Shown here one piece after another: positions 48,462 to 57,745 of a stretch of 64,000 bases of DNA. The translations under genes and the position numbers were made by a program. The stretch lies in the NCBI GenBank assembly GCA_007279905.1, contig QYPH01000010.1, positions 978-64,977 on the forward strand, in the 5' to 3' direction. This stretch comes from Actinomycetota bacterium. GTDB taxonomy: Bacteria > Actinomycetota > Acidimicrobiia > Acidimicrobiales > Ilumatobacteraceae. Position 1 is the first letter of the stretch, and each line of letters opens with the position of its first letter. The notes beneath the pieces were generated by a model. The model did not search any database. It saw only the letters and a list, made by a program, of their open reading frames with translations, and was not told the origin of the DNA.

Positions 48462-49914
48462 TGATCCATCTGTATCCGTATTACCAAATGGCATTCATGT
48501 CGTAGTTAAACGCGACTGCGCAACCTGCGTAATGGTTGCTCCACTGTTGATGCAACTGCAATCGTCACATGGCATCACGATTTATTCTCAAGACGATGCA
48601 GTGTTTCCAGTGGGCGCACAGGTCATGCACGATGCAGACTTGTCAATCAGTTGGCACAACAACATTGAAACGGTGCCAACTGTGATCAACGTAATTGATG
48701 GTGTAGAAGTTGATCGCACAGTTGGCTGGTTGCGCGACGAATGGGCACGCTTGTTTGATTTGCCAAACATCGGTGATGGACTCCCCTCTTATCGACCAGG
48801 TTGTGGTTCGCTCAGCGTTGATCCCGACAAGGTAGATGCACTACGTGCCAAATTTGAGGGCTCGCTACTGGTTTCGCGCAGAGTTGAAATTGCATCACTC
48901 GAAGATGAGATGGAAGCTCTTTTTGCCCGTGGCTGGACGGATGGTTTGCCCGTGGTTCCACCCACACAAGAGCGAGTGATGCGCATGCTGAGCGGTACTT
49001 CACTTGCACCATCCGACATTGTTGCTATTGCCCCACCCGATTTGGTTGAACTCACCGTCGAAAAAATTGCGATCAATGCTGTTATGGCTGGTTGCTTACC
49101 CGAATATCTTCCGTGGGTGATTGCGGCACTCAAAGCAGTGTGCACAGACGAGTTCAATATGCACGGCGTGCTGGCCACCACGATGCCAGTTGGTCCGGTA
49201 ATTGTGTGCAGTGGGCCAGGCTCGCGGGCAATTGGAATGAATAGTGGCGTCAACGTGCTTGGCCAAGGCAATCGCGCCAACATGACCATCGGTCGCGCAG
49301 TGCAACTCACTATCCGCAATGTTGGAGGTGGCCGTCCAGGAGAAATCGATCGTGCTGCGCATGGCATGCCTGGCAAACTCAGTTTTTGTTTTGCCGAAGA
49401 CGAGATTGGATCTCCATGGACGTCGCTCGCAGTTGCCCGCGGTGTCGCCACAGACACCGATGCAGTAACAGTGTTTGCAGGCGAAGGCCCGCGCTGTGTT
49501 ACTGACCAACTTGCGCGTGACCCAGAACAACTCGCTACTTCACTTGCCGCCACCCTGCTCACTGTCGAACACCCAAAACTTCCGCTTGCTTATGACGCAA
49601 TGCTTGTCGTTGGTCCTGAGCACGCGCGAGTGTTCGGCGATGCGGGTTGGAGCCGCGAGCGCGTTATTGAAGAGCTCCATGCGCGCCTGCAACTCAAAGG
49701 ATCCGACATCGTGCGCGGCAGTCATGGCATGGCAGAAGGTGTGCTGCAAAAGTACGAACAACTGACCGTGTCCAAGTTTCGACCAAACGGAATCTTGCTT
49801 GTTCATGCCGGCGGTGGCGCAGGCTTGTTCTCGGAGATCATTGGTGGCTGGGCCAGTGGCGCTATCGGCTCCGAACCCGTCACGCAACTCGTCACTAATG
49901 TAGGTACACAATGA
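48454..49914 (+). CDS. uncharacterised 486-aa protein with N-terminal thioredoxin-like CxxC domain
   Basis: The N-terminal ~110 aa has a Trx-like pattern (VVVKRDCATCVMVAPLL ... IETVPTVI). I do not recognise any family in the remaining ~370 aa. It is translationally coupled on both sides. Confidence 0.7.
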   Translation: MADDPSVSVLPNGIHVVVKRDCATCVMVAPLLMQLQSSHGITIYSQDDAVFPVGAQVMHDADLSISWHNNIETVPTVINVIDGVEVDRTVGWLRDEWARLFDLPNIGDGLPSYRPGCGSLSVDPDKVDALRAKFEGSLLVSRRVEIASLEDEMEALFARGWTDGLPVVPPTQERVMRMLSGTSLAPSDIVAIAPPDLVELTVEKIAINAVMAGCLPEYLPWVIAALKAVCTDEFNMHGVLATTMPVGPVIVCSGPGSRAIGMNSGVNVLGQGNRANMTIGRAVQLTIRNVGGGRPGEIDRAAHGMPGKLSFCFAEDEIGSPWTSLAVARGVATDTDAVTVFAGEGPRCVTDQLARDPEQLATSLAATLLTVEHPKLPLAYDAMLVVGPEHARVFGDAGWSRERVIEELHARLQLKGSDIVRGSHGMAEGVLQKYEQLTVSKFRPNGILLVHAGGGAGLFSEIIGGWASGAIGSEPVTQLVTNVGTQ

Positions 49915-50477
49915 CAACAGCGATCACGATGATAAATGACAGCCCTGCTCGATTTGTGCTCGACCCAACAAGCGAGCGCAATCCATCGCAGCGCCAAATA
50001 CTTGCGCGACCAAGTTCGCTCAAGGGCCTCACTGTTGGCCTGCTCGATATTTCAAAAGCCCGTGGCGATGTGTTTCTCGATCAGTTAGAGCGCAGGCTCG
50101 TCGGTGTTGGCGCAACTGTCAAACGATTTCGCAAACCAACCTTTACCAAACCCGCGCCTGTTGACTTGCGCCACGAGATCGCCATTTCCTGCAACGTAGT
50201 TATCGAAGCACTTGCTGATTGAGGCAGCTGTACGTCGTGCAGTGTGCACGACATCGTAGATCTTGAAACTCGCGGAATTCCATCGATGTTCATTGCATCG
50301 TCCGAGTTTCGTCAAGCAGCCATCGCCCAGTCTGTTGCGCTTGGTATGCCAGACGTGCAGCGCATGTTTGTACCCCACCCCATTCAAGATCGCACCGATG
50401 CCGAGATGGCCGCATACGCCGATCAGGCGTTTGACGAAATACTTGGCATGATCACGGCTGTTGATACCACCCATTAA
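49911..50477 (+). CDS. predicted selenoprotein, UGSC-motif family (Sec encoded by TGA 50220-50222), 188 aa
   Basis: ORFs 49911..50222 and 50244..50477 are in the same frame, separated only by a TGA and 7 sense codons. The joined sequence reads ...VVIEALAD-U-GSCTSCSVHDIVD.... A SECIS-like hairpin follows the TGA, and selD is present in the window. Confidence 0.75.
50231..50258 (+). promoter_or_regulatory. candidate bacterial SECIS hairpin
   Basis: GTCGTGCA-GTG-TGCACGAC forms a perfect 8-bp stem (50234-50252) with a G/U-containing apical loop. It is extended by TAC/GTA pairing with a 3-nt bulge. The stem begins 11 nt after the UGA. Confidence 0.55.
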
Positions 50478-51324
50478 CTTGCGCAATCAGTCCATCTTCT
50501 AAAAGACCTTGCACGATTGCTTTGCAGCGTTCGGGTTGCTCAACTAGCCCCATCACTTTTGCAGCGTCGGTGAAACGAACTGCGCCAGCAATTAATGCTT
50601 TCATTAATTTGCCGCGCGCCTGACGATCAGACCCCTCAAACCGAGATTGTGGTTTACTCGTACCTGCAGTCGCTGGAGCAGGGTCTTGTCCTCCATCGCA
50701 ATTCCATCGACACTGCAGTTTCACAATGCATTCTTCACATTTCGGCGCACGGGCACTGCACACCGTTGCACCAAAGTCCATCATCACCTGATTCCACTCC
50801 CATCCAAGACCTTCGGGCACGATGGCATCAGCGATCAACTGCACTTCTTTTTTGCCAAGCACTTTGTTCTGTACACGAGCGAGCACCCGTGCCACGTTCG
50901 TATCCACCACGCCCACATCGGCATGATCGGCAAAGGCCATCACTGCTCGTGCTGTGTAGTCACCAACACCGGGCAGAGCCACAAGCTCTTCAAGCGTTGT
51001 AGGAACTTCGCCGTTATGGCGCAACACCATTACTTTTGCTGCTTCATGCAAGTTGCGACACCTGCGTGGGTAGCCAAGGCCTTGCCAGATTTCTAGCAAC
51101 TCACCGAGCGAGGCAGTCGCACACGCAGCCGGCGTTGGAAATTGCTCAAGAAAAAGATTGAACTTTGGCTCCACACGATGTACTTGAGTTTGTTGCGACA
51201 TCACTTCACTCACCAACACGTGCCAACGATTATTAGTTTGCCTCCACGGAAAGTCGCGCAGTTGCGGAAGCCCCCAACCTAAAATCGGATCGACGATCGC
51301 AACGTTTGCGTCTATTGACCCCAC
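50452..51324 (-). CDS. mutY: A/G-specific adenine glycosylase (MutY-like, HhH-GPD plus 4Fe-4S)
   Basis: WHVLVSEVMSQQTQV, HhH motif LPGVGDYTARAV, and cluster motif C-x6-C-x2-C-x5-C (CSARAPKCEECIVKLQC). The start is uncertain: GTG at 51324, or up to 51405. Confidence 0.8.
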   Translation of the reverse strand: MGSIDANVAIVDPILGWGLPQLRDFPWRQTNNRWHVLVSEVMSQQTQVHRVEPKFNLFLEQFPTPAACATASLGELLEIWQGLGYPRRCRNLHEAAKVMVLRHNGEVPTTLEELVALPGVGDYTARAVMAFADHADVGVVDTNVARVLARVQNKVLGKKEVQLIADAIVPEGLGWEWNQVMMDFGATVCSARAPKCEECIVKLQCRWNCDGGQDPAPATAGTSKPQSRFEGSDRQARGKLMKALIAGAVRFTDAAKVMGLVEQPERCKAIVQGLLEDGLIAQVNGWYQQP

Positions 51325-51827
51325 ACGTCTTGACCGTCGTAAGGGCGGTTGCGAGTTGGAAGCGCTGACCGTTTCCACACCATCACTCGTCGACGGAAGT
51401 AACACACTTCTTTGCCATCTTGATTAAAGCCTTTGGTTTCAACAGTGACGACACCGCGATCATTTTTGGACTTCGACTCCTGAACATCCAGCACTCGGGT
51501 CTCTGCATGAATGGTGTCGCCATGAAACGTCGGAAATTTGTGTTGTAAAGTTTCTACTTCAAGGTTGGCAATAGCAGCACCACTTACGTCGGGCACGCTC
51601 ATGCCAAGCACCAACGAATACACCAAGTTGCCCACGACCACATTGCGACCCTGCACACTTTGCTCGGCAAACCAATCATTGGTGTGCAGTGGATGATGAT
51701 TCATCGTGATCATGCAAAACAAATGATTGTCTGCTTCTGTGATGGTCTTGCCCGGCCAATGTCGATAGACATCGCCGACAATGAAATCTTCTAAACATCT
51801 GCCAAATGGGCGCTCGTGCGTGGTCAT
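51312..51827 (-). CDS. MaoC-family (R)-hydratase/dehydratase
   Basis: Hot-dog fold sequence with ITMNHHPLHTN. Confidence 0.85.
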   Translation of the reverse strand: MTTHERPFGRCLEDFIVGDVYRHWPGKTITEADNHLFCMITMNHHPLHTNDWFAEQSVQGRNVVVGNLVYSLVLGMSVPDVSGAAIANLEVETLQHKFPTFHGDTIHAETRVLDVQESKSKNDRGVVTVETKGFNQDGKEVCYFRRRVMVWKRSALPTRNRPYDGQDVWGQ

Positions 51828-51876
51828 GTGAGTAAACGCTACCGATTTTCAACCGTGACACGAGAACTGGCGCGTC

Positions 51877-53049
51877 TCATATCGGCGTGTCATCAGCATC
51901 GTCAGAATATGAGCCCTTAAAGTCTGGTAGCGGAAATTGCCCTGTACGGTCTCGTGGCGCGTAGTGCTCTGCCCAGTTGTACTTGTTGCTCGGATGTTCG
52001 TTTGCATCCACTGCCACTTTGCGAAACGATTTGAGTTTTACACGACGATCAATTGCCCATGGTCCAACACGCAAGCTCAAGTACACAATTGCACCGACAA
52101 TAAGTGGCATCCAATATTGCGCAATTCGATAACTGAATACACCAACCGTCGCAACGCTTCGCGTCAAACCAAAACCAATAAGCGTTGGAATATAAATACC
52201 CTCAACAATGCCGAGACCGCCAGGTGTGATTGGCACTACGGCCATGATGTTGGCAAGACCAAATGCAACGATCAGCCCACGCAAGTCAATTTGTGCACCA
52301 AATGCAAGCAGAAACACCCACAGGGCCGCCATGTCAAGCAACCAATTCAGTAACGCCCACACAAACACTCGTTCTTTGAGCCCGCGTTCACGAGCAAGGC
52401 CTTGCAAGCGAAAACCGAGTTGACGCAGCACATCGGCTGCATTGTCTGGATCCATTCGCAACTTTGCGGCAATCCATTTGATGCTTCGTTCTGCTCTGCC
52501 TTGCCCATCAATCAATCCAACAACGAGTCCTGTTGCCACCAGCATCAAAATGACTCCCACAAGCGCTGCAGACCCGTATGCAGCATTCACACCGCGTCCA
52601 GGAATCGACGCAATAAGTCCAACCCACAAAATCAGATTGAGCACTACAGCAGAACCCAGTCCTGCAGTTGCAAGTGCAAAGCCCGCATCTGGTCCAGGCA
52701 CGCCTGAGCTGGTGAGCAACTTAAATCCAAGTGCGCTGCTCGCTGCACTGCCAGCTGGCAATACTTGGCTCACCGACTTGGTGCTCAACTGAATTCGAAA
52801 GAGTCGCCAAATTGAAATTGAGTGACGAGAATCACCGAGCGCGGCGTGCGTCAGTAACGAGTATGCAAAAAGTGCCCCAAGCTCAAGACCAAGCCCCAAC
52901 ACCAACAAACTCGGTCGAACCTTGGCAAGTTCTGAAGGCGCTTTTCCTAAGCCAGGTGTGAGCGGCAAGACAAAGAAGTAAATGATGATCGCAAAAATCA
53001 CCCACTTCAGGGCCACGAGGCTCGACTTGAGTCCACCCGGGAGTTCCAT
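51877..53049 (-). CDS. UPF0104/LPG-synthase-TM (flippase-like) membrane protein
   Basis: About 8 TM helices and a conserved PITPGGLGIVEG motif. Confidence 0.7.
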   Translation of the reverse strand: MELPGGLKSSLVALKWVIFAIIIYFFVLPLTPGLGKAPSELAKVRPSLLVLGLGLELGALFAYSLLTHAALGDSRHSISIWRLFRIQLSTKSVSQVLPAGSAASSALGFKLLTSSGVPGPDAGFALATAGLGSAVVLNLILWVGLIASIPGRGVNAAYGSAALVGVILMLVATGLVVGLIDGQGRAERSIKWIAAKLRMDPDNAADVLRQLGFRLQGLARERGLKERVFVWALLNWLLDMAALWVFLLAFGAQIDLRGLIVAFGLANIMAVVPITPGGLGIVEGIYIPTLIGFGLTRSVATVGVFSYRIAQYWMPLIVGAIVYLSLRVGPWAIDRRVKLKSFRKVAVDANEHPSNKYNWAEHYAPRDRTGQFPLPDFKGSYSDDADDTPI

Positions 53050-53118
53050 AGATAAATCGTAGGTGCTGAGTCAACCCGAGTTGCGTCTCAGAGGCAAAAT
53101 GTAACTAGCGTTTAGCGC

Positions 53119-54723
53119 ATGTCATTTTCCAGCGACCTCGCCCAAGCGGCACAAGCCATCGAAAAAGCTAAGAAAATTGTGAATACGGGTGTCGCACATC
53201 TTGCATCTACTGGCGGGCCTGATATTCATCAACAGCTTGCATACGATCTCGCTCACTCAGCAGCCGCCGTCGAGACTGCACGTTCCATGCTTGACTACGG
53301 ATCAAAAGGTGAAACAGAAGCGCTCCTCACCTGCGCATTTACCGCAGACATGATTTTTGAAGTTTCGTCAAGGCTCTTGGGCAGAGAACATTTGTGGGGT
53401 CTTGAGCCACACCCACTTGAAGGTGCATACGATTTCATGGCAACGTTTCGCGACCCGGTTTTTGTTGCATCACTCGCCGAAAAATCTGGGCCACGACATC
53501 TCGATGATGACTTCGAAATGGTTCAAGACACATTTCGAAGTTTTGCCAACAAAGTCATTGCGCCACGCGCCGAACACGTGCATCGATTCAATGAGGACGT
53601 TCCAGAAGAAGTGATCTCAGGACTTGCTGAACTCGGAGCATTTGGTCTTTCGGTGCCATCAGAATACGGCGGCTTCTCCGAAGGTGGGGATGGCGAATAT
53701 ATGGCGAGCTGCATCGCCACCGAAGAACTCTCTCGCGCGTCGCTTGGCATCGGCGGCTCATTGATCACTCGCCCCGAGATCCTCACTCGCGCACTTGTCA
53801 ACGGCGGCACTGAAGCACAAAAACAATATTGGCTTCCAAAACTCGCAACCGCCGAAGTAATGGCCGCTGTTGCAGTCACCGAACCCGACTACGGCAGCGA
53901 TGTTGCAAACATCAAAGTCATGGCCGTGAGAGCAGCAAACGAAAAAGGTGAAGACGGCTACGTGATCAACGGTGTCAAAACATGGTGCACGTTTGCTGCT
54001 CGCGCCAATGTGCTGATGCTTTTGGCCCGCACCGACCCTGATCGCACCAAAACACACCGCGGACTCAGCGTGTTGATTGTGCCAAAACCAATTGGCGACG
54101 CCCATGGTTTTATGTTCGATCAGCCAGGCGGCGGAAAAATGGAAGGTCGCCCCATCGACACCATTGGTTATCGCGGCATGCATTCATACGAGATCGCTCT
54201 CGAAAATTGGTGGGTACCTGCCGACCATTTGATCGGCGAAGACGCTGGTCTCGGCAAGGGTTTCTATTACCAAATGAGTGGATTCGAAAATGGTCGGCTA
54301 CAAACAGCAGCGCGCGCAGTAGGTGTGATGCAGGCCGCGTACGAAGCGGCACTCGCCTATGCCAACAACCGCAAAGTTTTTGGCAGCAACATTGCCGAAT
54401 ACCAACTCACCCAAATCAAACTTGGGCGCATGGCGGCCATCATTCAGGCTTCACGACAATTCAGTTACGTCGTTGCCAAGTTGATGGGTAAAGGCGAAGG
54501 CACGATGGAAGCCAGCATGGTCAAGGCATATGTATGCAAGGCAGCCGAGTGGGTCACTCGTGAAGCAATGCAAATTCACGGTGGTTTTGGCTATGCCGAA
54601 GAATATTCGGTGAGCAGACTGTTTGTTGACGCCCGCGTGCTCTCTATTTTTGAAGGCGCAGATGAGACGTTGTGCCTCAAAGTAATCGCCCGTCGACTTG
54701 TTGAAGAGTCCGGCTCGAAATAG
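53119..54723 (+). CDS. acyl-CoA dehydrogenase (with N-terminal extension)
   Basis: ACAD middle and C-terminal domains (VTEPDYGSDV, KTWCTFA, IHGGFGYAEEY, RIFEGADE). Confidence 0.9.
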   Translation: MSFSSDLAQAAQAIEKAKKIVNTGVAHLASTGGPDIHQQLAYDLAHSAAAVETARSMLDYGSKGETEALLTCAFTADMIFEVSSRLLGREHLWGLEPHPLEGAYDFMATFRDPVFVASLAEKSGPRHLDDDFEMVQDTFRSFANKVIAPRAEHVHRFNEDVPEEVISGLAELGAFGLSVPSEYGGFSEGGDGEYMASCIATEELSRASLGIGGSLITRPEILTRALVNGGTEAQKQYWLPKLATAEVMAAVAVTEPDYGSDVANIKVMAVRAANEKGEDGYVINGVKTWCTFAARANVLMLLARTDPDRTKTHRGLSVLIVPKPIGDAHGFMFDQPGGGKMEGRPIDTIGYRGMHSYEIALENWWVPADHLIGEDAGLGKGFYYQMSGFENGRLQTAARAVGVMQAAYEAALAYANNRKVFGSNIAEYQLTQIKLGRMAAIIQASRQFSYVVAKLMGKGEGTMEASMVKAYVCKAAEWVTREAMQIHGGFGYAEEYSVSRLFVDARVLSIFEGADETLCLKVIARRLVEESGSK

Positions 54724-54746
54724 CTACAAACAAAAGCTAGATACAA

Positions 54747-55457
54747 TTAGATAAACGCAAGCAGATCGTGCAGCGATTGTATCCGCTCACACGTTTCATG
54801 CGCACGGTGATCGTATGGGTCGAGCAAGATCGGCACGAGTCCGGCATTTTGCGCACCACCAATGTCATTTACATACGAGTCGCCTACGTACGCAATCCGA
54901 TCATTCGTGATTCCCTTGCCGTTCATTAGACGCAAGGCGTCAGCAAAGATTCCGGGGTGCGGTTTGGCTACTCCAATCACGTGCGAGTCGGTCACGATCT
55001 CGACAGGCACGCCTGCACCAATCCCCACTTGGCAGATGCACTGATTGGCAAGCGTTGCCTCAACTTGTCCGCTCGCATTCGACACAATCCCAATTGGTAA
55101 TCCCACAAGATGCATCTTCCACAATGCGGCAGCCGACTCGAGTAATGGGAATCGCCACAAGAATGGTGAGAATACATTTCGTAATGTGACTATTGCAGTT
55201 TCAATATCTTTTTCTGGCACTCCAGCACTGATGGCATAACCGCGCCGATATCCGTCCCAACTAAAGCCGTCTAACGATCTTTGCTCTCGCTGTGCAATCG
55301 CGTCTAATGCTGCCATGCCTGCGTAATGTGCGCGAATGCAGCTCTCGATACTGCCGTCGCCACCGAGCGGGCGAATAATTGCGCCGAGCGTGACCGGGTC
55401 AGGTAGTAAAAAGATGCCGCCTGCATCAAACAGGATTGCGTCAAAACGTTTTGTCAC
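54747..55457 (-). CDS. HAD-family hydrolase
   Basis: AILFDAGGIF (motif I-like) and YVGDSYVNDIGGAQNAG (motif IV). Confidence 0.75.
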   Translation of the reverse strand: MTKRFDAILFDAGGIFLLPDPVTLGAIIRPLGGDGSIESCIRAHYAGMAALDAIAQREQRSLDGFSWDGYRRGYAISAGVPEKDIETAIVTLRNVFSPFLWRFPLLESAAALWKMHLVGLPIGIVSNASGQVEATLANQCICQVGIGAGVPVEIVTDSHVIGVAKPHPGIFADALRLMNGKGITNDRIAYVGDSYVNDIGGAQNAGLVPILLDPYDHRAHETCERIQSLHDLLAFI

Positions 55458-56395
55458 GCTTGTGGCGTTCGAGTACGACCTGCGAGCTCGCCGCGAGTGA
55501 TGAACTTGAGAGCCATCTTGCGACTTGCTTCGTCGATCATCTCGAGACCAAACATCACGGCACCCTTGCCGTCATTTTCGGTCGCCGAGTTATACGCATC
55601 CAAAATCTGCCATGCCTTGTCAAATTGCTCTTGTGTTGGTGAAAATACGTCGTTGAGTACATCAACTTGATCTGGGTGCAATGCCCACTTGCCGTCGTAG
55701 CCAAGTGTGCGTGTTCGTTTTGAATATTCGCGCAAAGCGTCGTTGTCGCGCACATGTAGGAACGGTCCGTCAATTACTTGCAGGCCGTTTGCGCGACCGG
55801 CCATCAAAATCTTGCTGAACACGTAATGGAAGTGATCACCTGGGTAGTCGGCAATCTGTACGCCACCGGTGAGTACGGGCATTTCCATACTTGCCGAGAA
55901 GTCTGCTGGTCCAAAAATGATGGTCTCCAGGCGCGGGCTTGCTTCACATATCTCTTCCACATTGATGAGTCCGCGCGCAGTTTCAATTTGTGCCTCAATA
56001 CCGATGTGTCCAACTGGCAGTCCGCTTGCAATCTCTACTTGACGCAGCAACAAATCTGCTGCCACTACTTGCGCAGCATTTTCTACTTTCGGCAACATGA
56101 TTTCGTCCAAACGCTCGCCTGCGTTACCAACAACTTCCAAGATGTCGTATGCGGTCCACTTGGTGCTCCAGTCATTGATGCGCACGCACAAAACCTTGTT
56201 ACCCCAGTCGTGTCCACGAATCGCACTCACGATGCGAGCTCGGGAAGCCTCTTTCTCCTTCGGCGCAACAGCATCTTCAAGATCTAAAAACACCATGTCT
56301 GCATTGGTACCAGGGCCCTTGCCCATCATCTTTTCGGATGAACCAGGAATTGCGAGACAGGAACGGCGCGGGAGATTGCGTGAGCGTAAAGACAT
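55454..56395 (-). CDS. HpcH/HpaI aldolase / CitE-like acyl-CoA lyase
   Basis: RRSCLAIPGSSEKMM..., DLEDAV, and a CitE-like core. The ATG at 56395 leaves a 10-nt gap to the upstream gene. Confidence 0.85.
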   Translation of the reverse strand: MSLRSRNLPRRSCLAIPGSSEKMMGKGPGTNADMVFLDLEDAVAPKEKEASRARIVSAIRGHDWGNKVLCVRINDWSTKWTAYDILEVVGNAGERLDEIMLPKVENAAQVVAADLLLRQVEIASGLPVGHIGIEAQIETARGLINVEEICEASPRLETIIFGPADFSASMEMPVLTGGVQIADYPGDHFHYVFSKILMAGRANGLQVIDGPFLHVRDNDALREYSKRTRTLGYDGKWALHPDQVDVLNDVFSPTQEQFDKAWQILDAYNSATENDGKGAVMFGLEMIDEASRKMALKFITRGELAGRTRTPQA

Positions 56396-56405
56396 AGCTA
56401 TAAGG

Positions 56406-57218
56406 CTACATCGCGCTTCGCACGAGCATCTCGGTGGACGCCGGGCATTCCCCAATAAAATTCTGCGCAGTATTCATATCAATATCCGAAACACCCGTAG
56501 GTCCAATAATCCGCCCCAGCAGTTGACGAGGAATCACATCTATGTCGCTGCGCCACGGCGCATCGACATCGCGATTGGCCAGCTTCATCGCATCCCACAA
56601 CTCAATTGGCAATCGTGTTCCCAATCGCGTTACAAGCCACGCTGGTTTACTTTCGCAATACGCAAGTGCGGCAACTGCCTGCGAGCCACCAACCGCCAGC
56701 ACCTCAGTGCCCCCGCATCCAAGCGTGTCAATGATCACGATGTCGCTCATCTGCACAGTAAGGCCCGCGTGTTCCAACGTCACCCCCTGCACATCGATAT
56801 CAAGTCGCTCAAGCGCATTGACTGCCGAGTCCCCCGTTCCAAACGAATCAACAATGATTGCCCGACAATCGCCGCGCCGAGCAATTGCTTCAAGAGCTGT
56901 CGGGTTCCAGCCAACGATGCACACCGTCGCGTCTTGAGGCAACGCTTCAATCAGAAAATTTGTGGTTTCGTCTGCGTCCATGCGGTCACTCAACTCCCGC
57001 GCTTTTTCAAAGGGGTCGGCCGCCGCAAGCACACTCGCACAAAGCCACCACAAGGGGGCGCACGTGGGGTGTCGTTCAACGATTCGCCGAGCCGCAAGCA
57101 CAAGCCCAGCGGGCTCAGATCGCAGGCCACGCAGGGCCTCAGCCGTCTCAACGACGAGTGAAACTGGGTCTGCTCCCGTGGCACGTGCCACATACCGCAG
57201 ATGCTCAATTGGGTGCAT
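56406..57218 (-). CDS. hypothetical protein
   Basis: Coding-like 270-aa ORF. The C-terminal half loosely resembles an eIF-2B-like Rossmann fold. Not assigned. Confidence 0.55.
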   Translation of the reverse strand: MHPIEHLRYVARATGADPVSLVVETAEALRGLRSEPAGLVLAARRIVERHPTCAPLWWLCASVLAAADPFEKARELSDRMDADETTNFLIEALPQDATVCIVGWNPTALEAIARRGDCRAIIVDSFGTGDSAVNALERLDIDVQGVTLEHAGLTVQMSDIVIIDTLGCGGTEVLAVGGSQAVAALAYCESKPAWLVTRLGTRLPIELWDAMKLANRDVDAPWRSDIDVIPRQLLGRIIGPTGVSDIDMNTAQNFIGECPASTEMLVRSAM

Positions 57219-57256
57219 TTCCCAAACGATAGTGCCGACTTGCTACCGTCAAATGC

Positions 57257-57745
57257 GTGACAAACTCACCATCCCTCGACACCATGCTCAATCCGCTCAC
57301 AGGCGATGCCCGCCCGCTGCGCGATTGGCTCACCACTTTTCATCTTGCATCCGTAGTTATCGATCCGTTCACAAACGAAAGTGCGTGGATTCTTGATACC
57401 GCAGCACGCGTGTTGCATCAGTTCGCTGACGCTGCAGTGCGAGTCAACTTCATCGTTGCTGGGTCGCCTGCAGAAGCAAAACAATTTCTCGGACCACTAG
57501 CCGATCAGTTCCTCACATTTTGTGATCCAGAGCGCATCATGATCAAGCAACTTGGACTACATGAGTTGCCTGCATTCGTGTTCATTCAAAGCGATGGTAC
57601 GGTGCCTGCATCTGCCGAAGGCTGGAGCCCGGCGTCTTGGAGTCTCGTTGCCAACCACATTTCTCAAGTCGTGCAGTGGCAGCAACCTCTGTTCCCTGTG
57701 GCTAGCGATCCAGGCTCATTCAAGGGCACACCAGCACTGGCATGA
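57257..57745 (+). CDS. hypothetical protein (thioredoxin-fold-like, no CxxC)
   Basis: 162-aa ORF. Its stop overlaps the fumarase start as ATGA. No catalytic motif recognised. Confidence 0.55.
   Translation: MTNSPSLDTMLNPLTGDARPLRDWLTTFHLASVVIDPFTNESAWILDTAARVLHQFADAAVRVNFIVAGSPAEAKQFLGPLADQFLTFCDPERIMIKQLGLHELPAFVFIQSDGTVPASAEGWSPASWSLVANHISQVVQWQQPLFPVASDPGSFKGTPALA

Noticed and set aside
56097-57161. A 354-aa plus-strand ORF. Similar long ORFs occur at 12300..12926, 39949..40896, 48789..49562, 59572..60213, 62446..63129 and 62717..63472.
   Set aside because: All are antisense or shadow frames of genes with strong family signatures. Their translations are Arg/Cys/His-rich and of low complexity.
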